Shown piece by piece: positions 50,004 to 60,157 of a stretch of 64,000 bases of DNA (its first letter is position 1; each line of letters starts with the position of its first letter). Source of the stretch: Promethearchaeati archaeon (GTDB lineage: Archaea; Asgardarchaeota; Heimdallarchaeia; Heimdallarchaeales; Heimdallarchaeaceae). The translations under genes were made by a program, and so were the position numbers. The DNA lies in assembly GCA_013166775.1 (NCBI GenBank), contig JABLTJ010000007.1:32001-96000 (forward strand). Direction: 5' to 3'. Under the pieces are notes generated by a model. The model was not told where the DNA came from, made no database searches, and saw only the letters and a list, made by a program, of their open reading frames with translations.

Positions 50004-51749
50004 CTAGCCAGAAGTTAAAGTAGTTTCTTTTGATTTATCAGCTTTTGGAAACATTTTGTTAGCTACGAATATTAATATTACAAGTAAGATTGCTTCAGCT
50101 ACTCCAACTAAATAAAGTTCAATTTGAGTGAGGAGTATAAGACCAACTAACAGGGATGCAGGGAAAAGAAACAGTGTGATATATTTGACAGTTTTATTAC
50201 TATTATTAATTTCGTCTAGAACATTCTTATACCTCAATTTTCCGAACATTACTACTTTAAGTAATAATGTTGATATACCAATTAAAGGTACTGCTGGAAG
50301 AAATATTAGTATTAAGATTACGTTATCTAAAAAACCTCCTTGATTTATCATAACTGGAATTGTAAGCAATAATCCTAATGGAATATTGATGAAGAAATAC
50401 GGTAGTTTAGATTTAAATTTATCTCTCTCTATTATAGGTAAAGAAGACGTAATCGTCTCTCCTCCTGCATCTACATATGTTAAACCCATTATCAGCATTA
50501 CAGTTGTAAGTGCGACATAGAACATTATAATAATGAAACCTATTGATATGCCACCAGTGCCAAAATAATCCGCGTCAATAGTTCCTATTGCACCAAAAAT
50601 GGGGATCATTAAAGGCATTATCATGAAGATTATCAGTTGCATTTCTCGAGTAATCAATGATAAATCCCTACGTATAAAAGCTTTAACAGGAGAGGAATTA
50701 ACAATTTCATAATTCTGTAATTGTTCTTCATCTTTTATCTTAACATCTTTAATTTCGGTTGATGAGATGCCTTTCAACATGTCTATTGCTTTGTTATACA
50801 TAAAATAAGTAATAACTGAATATAGTAATAAGCCTATAATTGAACCAACCAAAACGATTACTGAAATCGATTCAAATCCAAGAGCAATGTTGGATAAAAG
50901 AAATCCTCCAGCGAAAGGAAATGGGATAAAACTCAATATAATACTAATGATGTTAGTTGTTCCATCACCAATCGATTGTAGGGGATAAAGTTGTGGGATT
51001 TTTTCCATAGCGAATCGTATTAAAATTGACATGAGCATTGTAGCCATTAGGTAAACAACAACACTGAATATTCTGAAGAAAGTGGTTTTCTTGTCTCCAA
51101 TCTCACTTCCTTCCATTAAGATTGCCATCTTACGTAATACAATTACTACTAAACTTAAAATGAATATAACATTTATAATTGAAATAACAATACTTGAAAA
51201 AATAAGTAAAATGATTGTAGGAACTGAAAAAGAAGGATTATTTTGTATAAGTACACCAATGATAATCCCAACAGGTAAGAGAAGACCAATAGCAATTAAT
51301 TGAAGATTCATCCCTCTTATGAAAGTAAACATACCTATTTTTTGTACATCTCTTCGACTGAAAGGAAGAGTACCTAACCATTCATAGGGTCCTCCAGACA
51401 TTAATCCCCAAGTAAACATTACTGAGAAAATTAACAAGATTACAGGAAGAAAGAGAAGGAAACCACTCATAGATAATCCTCCAACAAAATTAACCCACTG
51501 AGGACTAACACCAGCAGCAGATACAGTTGCAATTTGTAATAAAGAAACAACAGGGACTAATGTCATAATTGCGATATAAAGTACAGTTATAGCTTTCAGA
51601 ATAATTGCTGGAGCTTTGGCGGAATTTTTATCTTTTTCCACTCTCTCTAAAAATTTCGCTTGACTACTGCCAGCTGTATTCATGCCAGTATGTAATATTG
51701 CTTCATTGTAGGTTTTCTTAGAATATTTGTAGAGTTCACTGTTCTTCAT
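50004..51749 (-). CDS. ABC-2 type transporter permease
   Basis: ~12-14 TM, duplicated LxTLP/SSLP motif; coupled to the ABC ATPase. Confidence 0.8.
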   Translation of the reverse strand: MKNSELYKYSKKTYNEAILHTGMNTAGSSQAKFLERVEKDKNSAKAPAIILKAITVLYIAIMTLVPVVSLLQIATVSAAGVSPQWVNFVGGLSMSGFLLFLPVILLIFSVMFTWGLMSGGPYEWLGTLPFSRRDVQKIGMFTFIRGMNLQLIAIGLLLPVGIIIGVLIQNNPSFSVPTIILLIFSSIVISIINVIFILSLVVIVLRKMAILMEGSEIGDKKTTFFRIFSVVVYLMATMLMSILIRFAMEKIPQLYPLQSIGDGTTNIISIILSFIPFPFAGGFLLSNIALGFESISVIVLVGSIIGLLLYSVITYFMYNKAIDMLKGISSTEIKDVKIKDEEQLQNYEIVNSSPVKAFIRRDLSLITREMQLIIFMIMPLMIPIFGAIGTIDADYFGTGGISIGFIIIMFYVALTTVMLIMGLTYVDAGGETITSSLPIIERDKFKSKLPYFFINIPLGLLLTIPVMINQGGFLDNVILILIFLPAVPLIGISTLLLKVVMFGKLRYKNVLDEINNSNKTVKYITLFLFPASLLVGLILLTQIELYLVGVAEAILLVILIFVANKMFPKADKSKETTLTSG

Positions 51750-52624
51750 TTGGAAGCACCAGAATGATTGTTTCTTTTCATTTTTCTAAGATTGGAAATA
51801 ATTCTATTGACAGATTCATCTTCATGAGTAAGTTTCAAGAAAATATCTTCTAGATTTGCACCTGCTTTGTCTGCCATTTTTGATAATTCTTCTACTGTGC
51901 CCATAGCAATTGATTTTCCATGATCAATTATACAAATTCTATCACAAATTTCTTCAGCAATTTCCAATATGTGTGTAGAGAATATTACAGAACCACCACG
52001 TTCAGTGTGAAGCTCTATGATTTCTTTAACAACCTTTGATGATTTGGCATCCAAACCTGTTAACGGTTCATCTAAAATTAACAAATCTGGTTCATGTAAG
52101 AGAGAAGCTATAACTTGAATTTTCTGTTTTGTGCCTCGTGATAAAGTTGCGATAAGTTTTTCATAGTATTCTTCTGCTTCCAAACTTTCAAGATAATACT
52201 GCAATTTTTCTAGTGTTTCTTCCTCTTTTAGATTTCTGATTGAAGCTATAAAATTAAACAACTGTTTGGGTGACATTGATTTGAAAATCAATGGTTCTTC
52301 TGAAACATACCCAATTCGTTCTTTAACCTTAATTTCATCCTTACCAGGATGTAAATCGAAAACGCTAATATCACCTTTGTCAGGTTCTAATAACCCAAGA
52401 ATAAGTTTAATAGTTGTAGTTTTTCCCGCGCCATTAGGACCTAAAAGTCCAAAAATCTCCCCTTTCTTTACTTCAAAACTCAAACCATCTACTGCTATAA
52501 CAGGTCCAAATGTTTTTGTAATGTCTTTGACACTCACCAGATTCTCAATTTTTCCATTCATTTTATCATCCATTATTAGATCGCTTTCTATTTTTGCTAA
52601 TCCTGAAAGAACTGTATCATCCAT
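51746..52624 (-). CDS. ABC transporter ATP-binding protein
   Basis: GPNGAGKTT, LSRGTKQK, LILDEP, STH. Confidence 0.95.
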   Translation of the reverse strand: MDDTVLSGLAKIESDLIMDDKMNGKIENLVSVKDITKTFGPVIAVDGLSFEVKKGEIFGLLGPNGAGKTTTIKLILGLLEPDKGDISVFDLHPGKDEIKVKERIGYVSEEPLIFKSMSPKQLFNFIASIRNLKEEETLEKLQYYLESLEAEEYYEKLIATLSRGTKQKIQVIASLLHEPDLLILDEPLTGLDAKSSKVVKEIIELHTERGGSVIFSTHILEIAEEICDRICIIDHGKSIAMGTVEELSKMADKAGANLEDIFLKLTHEDESVNRIISNLRKMKRNNHSGASK

Positions 52625-52790
52625 AACTCCAACTCCTGATTTTTTTTATTACGAATTTTTGCCCAGTTTAGACTCTTATAAATTTTCTAATTCGAGCGAA
52701 TTGCCCCAGCTCTTCACTGATATCTCAAACTATTTTTGTTGAAAATGTTCACAGACATTTAAATACCTTTCAAAATAAGCTAACGTGAAA

Positions 52791-54194
52791 TTAATGCAAA
52801 TATTTCACAATAAAATTACATTTTGCTGCGAGTTCTATTGCTTTTTTGATGAAACTTTCTGGAAATGGAGCATGTTGAATAAATTCTAGAAGTTTAGATT
52901 TTGCTTCATCTTTTCCTTGTAAAGCAAAAGAAGTTATGATGAATGACATAGATACTAATTTTCTTAATTCATGAAATATCATTACTGAAGCAGTTTCTAT
53001 ATCTTCACTCTTTTTAGTTTCTAAGATATTCAAGAAGTAAGTACTATCAAATTCACCATCAACAAATCCTGTGTTTAGGTTCATGATAGCTGCATTAGAT
53101 TCAATAGAATTTATTAATGAATGTTTTTCAAATACCTCAGCAGACATTCCACAAATCTTTGTTGCAGTGTTACATCTTCTCTCTTTTTCAATATCTTCTA
53201 ATGTTGTCCAGTCATGGAAATTGATAGAGAAATGTTGAGTAAAAACAGAGAGAATATCAATAATCAAGCGAACAGTTGATCTAGCTCCAATCACATAGAC
53301 AGGTCTACCGGTAATAACTGAATAGATTGCTTTTCCAAGACCTTCTTCTATTACATTTGCTAGAAATGAGAGAGAGATATCTTCAGTATCAGTTCCAGAA
53401 AAACGGATACCTGAATCTTCTATTTTTTGTAGATTATCAAGAACATCTAAAACATCAGTTATATTCTGATTTGATAGCTGAAGAAGTTTTTCATCTAAAA
53501 TAGGGAAAATTCTAAAAAGAGTGAAATCTAACTCCCGAGGAAACTTTAAGAAACCAATTTCAGTGACATCTTCTTTTCGAGAAATAACAATATAGACAGT
53601 ATATTTTTGTTCAGGTAAAAGAAAAATAATCCCAGATAGATTATCCTGTAATCGGAAGAGATCTATATAATTATGAACCATTGATGCAAGATAGCTAATA
53701 TGAGAACCAGAACCTACTTTGTCAATAATCTCATAACCATCTTCTTTATGTCTTATAGTAATTTTCGAAGGCTCTGCACCAAATATAGGATTTTTGGTAA
53801 AAAACAATTGCAGACTATTAATATCATGGAAACAGTGTTCAAGAATTAGTGCTGCTTCTCCGAAAGATAATGAATTGGGATCTCTCTCTTCTAACAGAGG
53901 AGAAGCACTTAATTTTACCTGTTCTAGAAGTTGTTTAAGTTGTCTTTCTGAAAATGTCTCTTCATCAACAATACTCTCAATAATTATGATAAAATCATGA
54001 GCTCTAACAAATGATACAGTTCTATCATGATAAGAAATAGATTGCAATTCTCTTTGGTGTACTTCCTTTGAAAAGGATATTAAAGCTGTCATTAAACCTG
54101 TAGCAAGAATCTGTTTTGTTTCATCTGATGTTTCAGGTTTAGTTGCTAGTAACAATCCTGAAGAAGTTACTAAAGAGAGTTTTACGTCAAAAAT
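52791..54194 (-). CDS. Longin + DENN-like domain protein (start uncertain: ATT at 54194 or TTG at 54155)
   Basis: IFDVKLSLVTSSGLLL..ILATGLMTALISFSKEV (longin); LGKAIYSVITGRPVYVIG..LIIDILSVF..ICGM..IMNL (cDENN-like). Confidence 0.6.
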   Translation of the reverse strand: MFDVKLSLVTSSGLLLATKPETSDETKQILATGLMTALISFSKEVHQRELQSISYHDRTVSFVRAHDFIIIIESIVDEETFSERQLKQLLEQVKLSASPLLEERDPNSLSFGEAALILEHCFHDINSLQLFFTKNPIFGAEPSKITIRHKEDGYEIIDKVGSGSHISYLASMVHNYIDLFRLQDNLSGIIFLLPEQKYTVYIVISRKEDVTEIGFLKFPRELDFTLFRIFPILDEKLLQLSNQNITDVLDVLDNLQKIEDSGIRFSGTDTEDISLSFLANVIEEGLGKAIYSVITGRPVYVIGARSTVRLIIDILSVFTQHFSINFHDWTTLEDIEKERRCNTATKICGMSAEVFEKHSLINSIESNAAIMNLNTGFVDGEFDSTYFLNILETKKSEDIETASVMIFHELRKLVSMSFIITSFALQGKDEAKSKLLEFIQHAPFPESFIKKAIELAAKCNFIVKYLH

Positions 54195-54282
54195 TAACTT
54201 TCACTTTGTTAAGTTGTATAAGTAAATTTCTTTTTGTATACTTTTCTTAAAATAGATGTAACAGATAAAATAAGAGAGAAAG

Positions 54283-54470
54283 TTATCTAAGCTTTTTCTC
54301 TTGATTTCTTTTGTCACGGATTTCATCCATGATTTCTGTTGTGAGAGTTGTAACTCCTCTTTTCTTAGCTTCTTCTACAATCATCGTCATTGCTTTTTTC
54401 AAGAAGACTCTAGGAATAGCTACAATTTTTACACAACTTCGTAAGTCCAGTAAATCTATGGATTTTTTCT
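54283..54470 (-). pseudogene. Remnant PCP_red-like (protochlorophyllide reductase C-terminal-type) domain
   Basis: WTYEVV*KL / IVAIPRVFLKKAMTMIVEEAKKRGVTTLTTEIMDEIR resembles WxxEAxxxLxxIPxFxRxxxxxxxExxAxxxGxxxIT; frameshifted, no start. Confidence 0.5.
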
Positions 54471-54551
54471 ATCAGTTTGATATCTTACATCTTAATTATA
54501 ACGGATGTTCAAAAGTGAAATCGAAGCCAGAATGGTAATAAATATTCCAAA

Positions 54552-54910
54552 CTACATATTAAGAGTCAATGTAAATGAAAGAGGAATCAACTCTCTTCTT
54601 ATTTTTGATAACCTACTGAACTTAGAAACGAAGACAAATAGAAGAAGAATTCTAATCAAAGCTATAATCTCAGCTATAGCTCCAATTGAAATACCAAAAT
54701 AGAAAGCTAAAATATCAAAATCTCCTTCTCTATGATAATCAATAAAAACTCCAAGAAGAAAGATAAATAGTGAAATTATAGAGATAGAAATAAAGATACC
54801 AAACAGATTGGAGTTCACACTTATTTTCTTCCCAAAATTAACAGGAACTTTGTTTTTTGGAGTTTTATCTTCTTCTCGAAGTTTAACATTCTTCGAGTTT
54901 TTTTTATTTC
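54552..54910 (-). pseudogene. Two-TM membrane protein fragment
   Basis: Frame stays open upstream of GTG 54818 (KNSKNVKLREEDKTPK...) but has no in-frame start. Confidence 0.4.
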
Positions 54911-55077
54911 ACTCTTATTCAATCAGACAGCATACAAATATTGAATCAAATGTAAAATCTAATTTATTAGTAGTAAAAATTTTGAGGAAGAGGAAATCTC
55001 TTGACGTTAAGATAGTTTTATAAATACTTTTACAAGAAAATATTGTAGTTTAAAAATAAATTTAAACCAAAGATTAG

Positions 55078-56505
55078 GTGGAAAGTATGAACAGCGATTA
55101 TATTTTTGATCTTCTTCACGAAGCAGTTGAAGAAGGAGAGAAGAATGGAGCAAAGTTTGTGGAAGCTAGATTTGATGATTATCAGATCAATACTATTGAT
55201 CTAACTAATGATATTATCAAGGAATCTTCCTCCAAACGAAGAAGAGGAACGGGAGTGATGGCATACTACAATGGTACACCAGGTTACTCATTTACTCCTG
55301 AGGTAAACTCAGAAGGAGTTAAAGCAGCTGCAAATAGAGCTGCTAAATTAGCTATAACTGCAGATCCTAGAAATAGAATGAAAATGGAGTTTATTGAACG
55401 TCCAGCAATAAAAGATAAAGCAGTTCCAATAATAAAGAAGCATCCAAAAGATTACGAGTTTCAAGACAAACTCGAATTGTTAAAACGTGGAACAATAGCA
55501 ATCAAAGAGAATGTTGATGCAACAACAATCCAAGGGCAATATGGAGAATTCTATGGTGAGAAATACTTTGTTAATTCTGAAGGTTCAGAAATTTATTGGG
55601 TACCAATTGTTGTAGATATGAGAGTAAGAGCAGATATTGTTGAGAATGGAAAACGTGCAACAGCAATGGATGGAATGGGACAATCTCAAGGATTAGAGTT
55701 TTTTGATCAAGAGAGAAATAGTCCAGAAGTTGTTGGAGCTAATGCAGGTAAATGGTGTAAAGAACAATTAGATGTTGTTTCAGCACCAACAGGTAAGCAA
55801 AAAGTATTAGCTGGTTCAACCTTAGGAGGAGTAATAGTTCATGAAAGTTTTGGACATCTGTCGGAAGCTGATTTTGTAGTTACAGGGATGAGTCCTATAG
55901 CTGATAGATTAGGAGAAAAACTTGGAAATGATCTTGTAACAATAATCGATGAAGGAGTAACTCCATATGGTGGTTGGTTCTTCCCTTATGATGATCAAGG
56001 AACTAAAGCTGGTCGAACTGTAATAGTAGAAAATGGAATCCTGAAGGGATACTTACATGACAGAGGAACAGCACAAAAAATGAACACTGAACCTACTGCG
56101 AATAGTAGAGCTTTAAGTTTTATGTTCCCAAGTATATGTAGAATGAAGAATACATATTTTGAAAAGGGTGATCTCACGGAAGAAGAAGCTATAGAAATGG
56201 TAGGTGATGGGATATATGCAATAAGCTGGAGAGGAGGAACAGCGAGTTTCGATGGTAATTTCCTCTTTAATTGCAGCAGAGGATACTTGATAGAGAAGGG
56301 AGAAGTGACAAAACCTATCAAAACAGCATCATTATCAGGAAATGTTCTCGAGCTACTAAAACATGTAGAAGGAACAACAAAGAATATGATTTTGCGAGGA
56401 AACTTCTTTGGGGGCTGTGGGAAGGGAGAACAGTTTCCGCTACCTGTAGGGATGGGTGGTCCTGAAGTAGTGATGGACCAAGTTCTAGTTGGAGGTGCTC
56501 AATAA
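55078..56505 (+). CDS. tldD: TldD metalloprotease
   Basis: HESFGHLSEAD zinc motif, RMKNTY, CGKGEQ. Confidence 0.93.
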   Translation: MESMNSDYIFDLLHEAVEEGEKNGAKFVEARFDDYQINTIDLTNDIIKESSSKRRRGTGVMAYYNGTPGYSFTPEVNSEGVKAAANRAAKLAITADPRNRMKMEFIERPAIKDKAVPIIKKHPKDYEFQDKLELLKRGTIAIKENVDATTIQGQYGEFYGEKYFVNSEGSEIYWVPIVVDMRVRADIVENGKRATAMDGMGQSQGLEFFDQERNSPEVVGANAGKWCKEQLDVVSAPTGKQKVLAGSTLGGVIVHESFGHLSEADFVVTGMSPIADRLGEKLGNDLVTIIDEGVTPYGGWFFPYDDQGTKAGRTVIVENGILKGYLHDRGTAQKMNTEPTANSRALSFMFPSICRMKNTYFEKGDLTEEEAIEMVGDGIYAISWRGGTASFDGNFLFNCSRGYLIEKGEVTKPIKTASLSGNVLELLKHVEGTTKNMILRGNFFGGCGKGEQFPLPVGMGGPEVVMDQVLVGGAQ

Positions 56506-57878
56506 TGTCCTTTGATGATTTTCGTGATAAATTACTCAATATTTCTGATTCAGCAATTAAATATTCGAAAGATTTGAGTATACCATCTGCAGAGATTTTC
56601 GTTTTTAGTCAATCTTCAACAGATCTCTCTGATCAAAATGGAAAGATAGATATCAAAGATGGTGTGAAACAAGGAGTAGGTATCCGAGTAGCTATTGGTA
56701 AGAAATTAGGTTTTGCTAGTTGTACAGGATTTGAGGAGGAACCAATAAAAGGTGCATTAAAACAAGCTCATTCATTGGCTAAAGTTAGTCCGGAAAATCC
56801 TTTATTTAATGGTTTTACACCTGATAGTATCAGAGCGAACGAAGGTACACTTGATTCAAGATTGTTTGATGTTGATGCAATTGCTCTAGGTAAAAATATT
56901 GATGAAATCAGCAATCAGATAGATAAAAATGATAAAAGGCTTACATTTACTTATTTTGGTGCGACTGTTAGTATCGAAGGTTATGCTGTAGGTACTACAG
57001 AAGGTTGCCTTTCTTCAACTCTGTCATCTGGTACAGGTTCTTTTGCTTATGTTATTGCAATGGAAGCTGGAGAGAGAAGTACAGGTAGTTGGAGTGAATT
57101 CAGTCGTGGAATCCATTCTTTAGAGGGTATAGGCGAAACTGCTAGTAAAAGAGCATTGAGAGGATTAGGAAAGAAAGATTTTGAGGGAACAGAAATACTT
57201 CCAACAGTTTGGGAATCTAAAACTACTGCTTCATTTCTATTATATCCATTTTTCACAGGAACTTCAGGTTCAGGATATGTTGAGAAGAGAAATCCTTGGG
57301 GAGAAAAATTAGATAAAGAACTCGCAGTTAAAGAGTTGAATGTAATTGATGATGGAATTAATCCTGATTACCTAACTACTCACGCAATAGATACTGAAGG
57401 TACTCCAAGAAGGAAAACAACAATTGTAGAAAATGGTGTTCTGAAATCATTCTTATATAATAGAATGTATGGTCATGCTGTAGGAAAAGAATCAACAGGA
57501 AATGCTAGAAGAGAAGGTGCGGGGGGAACACCTTTTGAAAATGTTCCAAGCTCCGTACCAAATAAAATTATAGTCCAAACTGGAAGTAAAAGCCTAGAAG
57601 ATCAAATAAGCGAAATAGACAAGGGAATTCTAGTACCTACACTACCTTTAGGAATAGAGAATTTCAATCCTATTACTGGAGATTTCAGTAGTTCTTCAAC
57701 TGACTCTTTTCTAATTCTTAAGGGTCAAATAGTTTATCCGATAAAGAATATTACAGTTGCAGGAAACTTTAACGACACATTGATGAATATACAAACCATT
57801 GGATCAGATAGAATTCCAACATCAAATCCTATAGATTCTCCTTCAATGACATTCAGGGGACATACAATAGGCAGTTAA
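56505..57878 (+). CDS. tldE: TldE/PmbA non-catalytic partner
   Basis: TldD/PmbA fold (DTEGTP, STGNA, NPITGDFS) without HExxH; coupled to tldD. Confidence 0.9.
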   Translation: MSFDDFRDKLLNISDSAIKYSKDLSIPSAEIFVFSQSSTDLSDQNGKIDIKDGVKQGVGIRVAIGKKLGFASCTGFEEEPIKGALKQAHSLAKVSPENPLFNGFTPDSIRANEGTLDSRLFDVDAIALGKNIDEISNQIDKNDKRLTFTYFGATVSIEGYAVGTTEGCLSSTLSSGTGSFAYVIAMEAGERSTGSWSEFSRGIHSLEGIGETASKRALRGLGKKDFEGTEILPTVWESKTTASFLLYPFFTGTSGSGYVEKRNPWGEKLDKELAVKELNVIDDGINPDYLTTHAIDTEGTPRRKTTIVENGVLKSFLYNRMYGHAVGKESTGNARREGAGGTPFENVPSSVPNKIIVQTGSKSLEDQISEIDKGILVPTLPLGIENFNPITGDFSSSSTDSFLILKGQIVYPIKNITVAGNFNDTLMNIQTIGSDRIPTSNPIDSPSMTFRGHTIGS

Positions 57879-58053
57879 TTTTCTTAACTGCTTTTCTTAT
57901 TTTTATTCTAATTTTCCACATAATAAAGAAGTTAAGTTTTCATAATGAATTTAACACTTAATGTTTTCTATTAACTACATCTAAAATGGTCTTCAAGTAC
58001 ATAAAAAACCATAATAGGGAATTTAAATCTGAAGGAATTCTGCAATTGCTATT

Positions 58054-58416
58054 TTATTTTGAGGTTTTCCCGCAGTTATTGCATGTTTTTGTACCTGGAT
58101 CCAACTTCATCCCACAAGAATCACAGAATTTTACTTCGGTTGATTTCTCAGAGATTTTTGAATCCTTTCCATTTGCTAAATCTTCACCTTTTGTGATGTC
58201 ATAAGTGCTTCTACGTGTTGGAGAAGTAGTTTGTCCAGTTTTCTTTAAGAAAGTGAATAGACCTATAACACCTAGAATAGCAAAGAATAGAATTATAGCA
58301 AATAGAATGTAGAACACAATCTTCCCGGTTACTATACCTAAAACTAATAATGTTATTAGAACTACAACAAATCCGAACAATACACCATTAAAAGAACGTC
58401 TGCTTCTGATTCTCAT
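58054..58416 (-). CDS. Two-TM protein with C-terminal double zinc ribbon
   Basis: FCDSCG-x9-CNNCG. Confidence 0.75.
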   Translation of the reverse strand: MRIRSRRSFNGVLFGFVVVLITLLVLGIVTGKIVFYILFAIILFFAILGVIGLFTFLKKTGQTTSPTRRSTYDITKGEDLANGKDSKISEKSTEVKFCDSCGMKLDPGTKTCNNCGKTSK

Positions 58417-58438
58417 TTCTATAATTTGTTTCTTCTAA

Positions 58439-58956
58439 CTAATATAAAGAGTTTTTGACATTTAGGTCTTTATGGAAAATAGACATTTCTTCCCAATTTT
58501 CCTCAATCCCAGTAGCTACAAATCCTTCAATCTCTTTATATCCTCGTTTTCTGCAGATAGTTAAAGCTGCAGAGTTGTATGCATAAAAAATCGTATCTTC
58601 ATGACCTTCTTTTCGCATTAGTTCTTCAAAGAAATCAAAGAATTTTTTTCCATAACCTTTACCACGATGTTCTTGTGTTAACCAGAGTTCATGAAGCTCA
58701 ACAAATTCTTTCTCTCCTCCTAGTAATTGTTCAAGAATTCGTAAATCCTCACTATCTCTTTTATCACCAGGTTTGTGTTCTTTTGATGAACTCTCATGCC
58801 AGATAGCATGTCCAATAATTTGATCATTCTCCAACCATATTATAAGATGTGATGGATTTTTTATACCCAATTTCTTTCAACGTCTCCTTTAGTACCTACT
58901 ACACGTGTTTTATACTCCATAAACTCTTCAATATCCCATCCTACTACAAACTTCAT
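58439..58956 (-). pseudogene. GNAT acetyltransferase split by a 1-nt frameshift
   Basis: ATG 58956 MKFVVGWDIEEFMEYKTRVVGTKGDVERNWV*; continues in another frame as IKNPSHLIIW...HRGKGYGK; total length 518 nt (3n+2). Confidence 0.65.
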
Positions 58957-58998
58957 ATGCTAGAAGTTAAAAAAAATATATTTCAATCTTTATTAAAA

Positions 58999-60024
58999 TC
59001 ATTGCTTCAAAGCTCTTATCCAGAGATAAAGATCTTTCTTGCAATTAGGACATTTAGGATTTTTTTCGAGCCATGCTAAGATATGATTTTTATGAGCATA
59101 GACTTCGCAGCAAGGAGTTCGAACAACATCTTCTTTCTCTGAAGGTTTTAAATCCAATAAACAGACACAACAGGTTGGTCTGGAAGCAGTACACTTATCA
59201 CATTTTTCTTCTTTTGTTTCAAATAAATCCCCACATGAATAACAGAGTAATTCTTCAACATCAACTTCTCCATAATCATCAATGGAGATTTCCTGATATA
59301 ATAATCGGATAAGCTCCAATATTTGATAGATCTCATAAGGGGATTTTAATATTCCTGAAACAAACTTTCCATTAAAAGTCACAGATTTGATATTTAATGC
59401 TTGTTTCATAAGAATCGATCGTATATTTTGATTATTTGAAACAGTATCAATTAGAGATGATCGTGTTGAAAAAACATAATACAATGAACTAAATTTCGCA
59501 TTTTCTGTTTCTTTTGTATCTGTTTTTCTTACACTCAAAGCAAAAGGATATGCATTCTTTAGTATAGCATCAATTGTAATTATTTCTGATGATTTTAGAA
59601 CCAAACTGACATTAGCTAGGAAACTAAGCTTATTATCAGGCGGAAAATTAAAAGATACTCTAGGTGGAAATTCATAACTTGCTTGTATGTTAACAGCTCC
59701 TATTGTTTCCAAACTTGGTGTAATAGTTTCACTTAATACATGACTCTTATCAGTTGAAGTGTTTCTGTCTCTTAGTCTTTGAACTAATGCAAAATTCTGT
59801 CTGAAACTCTTTTCTTTTGTCATTCTAAAATACCATCCTGCTCCAAGAAATAGAGGTATGCCTACTATACCTGCTGTAATCATAAGAGTTAATGCATTAA
59901 GATTGGTTATTTTAAAAAGAAAGTAAAAAAGTGTTATAAATCCTCCAAACAAACCAATAACAATTATTATTGCAACTAATGTAGAAAAAGAAGATCTCCA
60001 AGTAGACTTAACAGACATTTCCAA
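58999..60024 (-). CDS. Membrane-anchored zinc-ribbon + RING finger protein (putative E3 ligase)
   Basis: 2 TM; CYSC..CDKC; CCVC-x16-CC-x4-H-x2-H-x3-W-x6-CPNC. Confidence 0.78.
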   Translation of the reverse strand: MEMSVKSTWRSSFSTLVAIIIVIGLFGGFITLFYFLFKITNLNALTLMITAGIVGIPLFLGAGWYFRMTKEKSFRQNFALVQRLRDRNTSTDKSHVLSETITPSLETIGAVNIQASYEFPPRVSFNFPPDNKLSFLANVSLVLKSSEIITIDAILKNAYPFALSVRKTDTKETENAKFSSLYYVFSTRSSLIDTVSNNQNIRSILMKQALNIKSVTFNGKFVSGILKSPYEIYQILELIRLLYQEISIDDYGEVDVEELLCYSCGDLFETKEEKCDKCTASRPTCCVCLLDLKPSEKEDVVRTPCCEVYAHKNHILAWLEKNPKCPNCKKDLYLWIRALKQ

Positions 60025-60157
60025 CCTATACTAGTTAATTCAGTATTAAATACATTTCCAAATCCTTGATGTATGTTTTTTCGCAAGTAGTATTCGTTTT
60101 TATATTACGTATAAGAGTCTTATTATTAGACAAATGAAATAAAAAAAGGGGATAAAG

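Noticed and set aside
52689-52702. Inverted repeat AATTCG-AG-CGAATT upstream of the ABC operon
   Set aside because: Short, single occurrence and no adjacent regulator; could arise by chance in AT-rich DNA
55078-57878. TldD/E plus the radical SAM gene as a RiPP biosynthetic cluster
   Set aside because: The genes are ~8 kb apart with unrelated genes between; no precursor peptide or YcaO was seen, and TldD/E are widespread housekeeping peptidases in archaea
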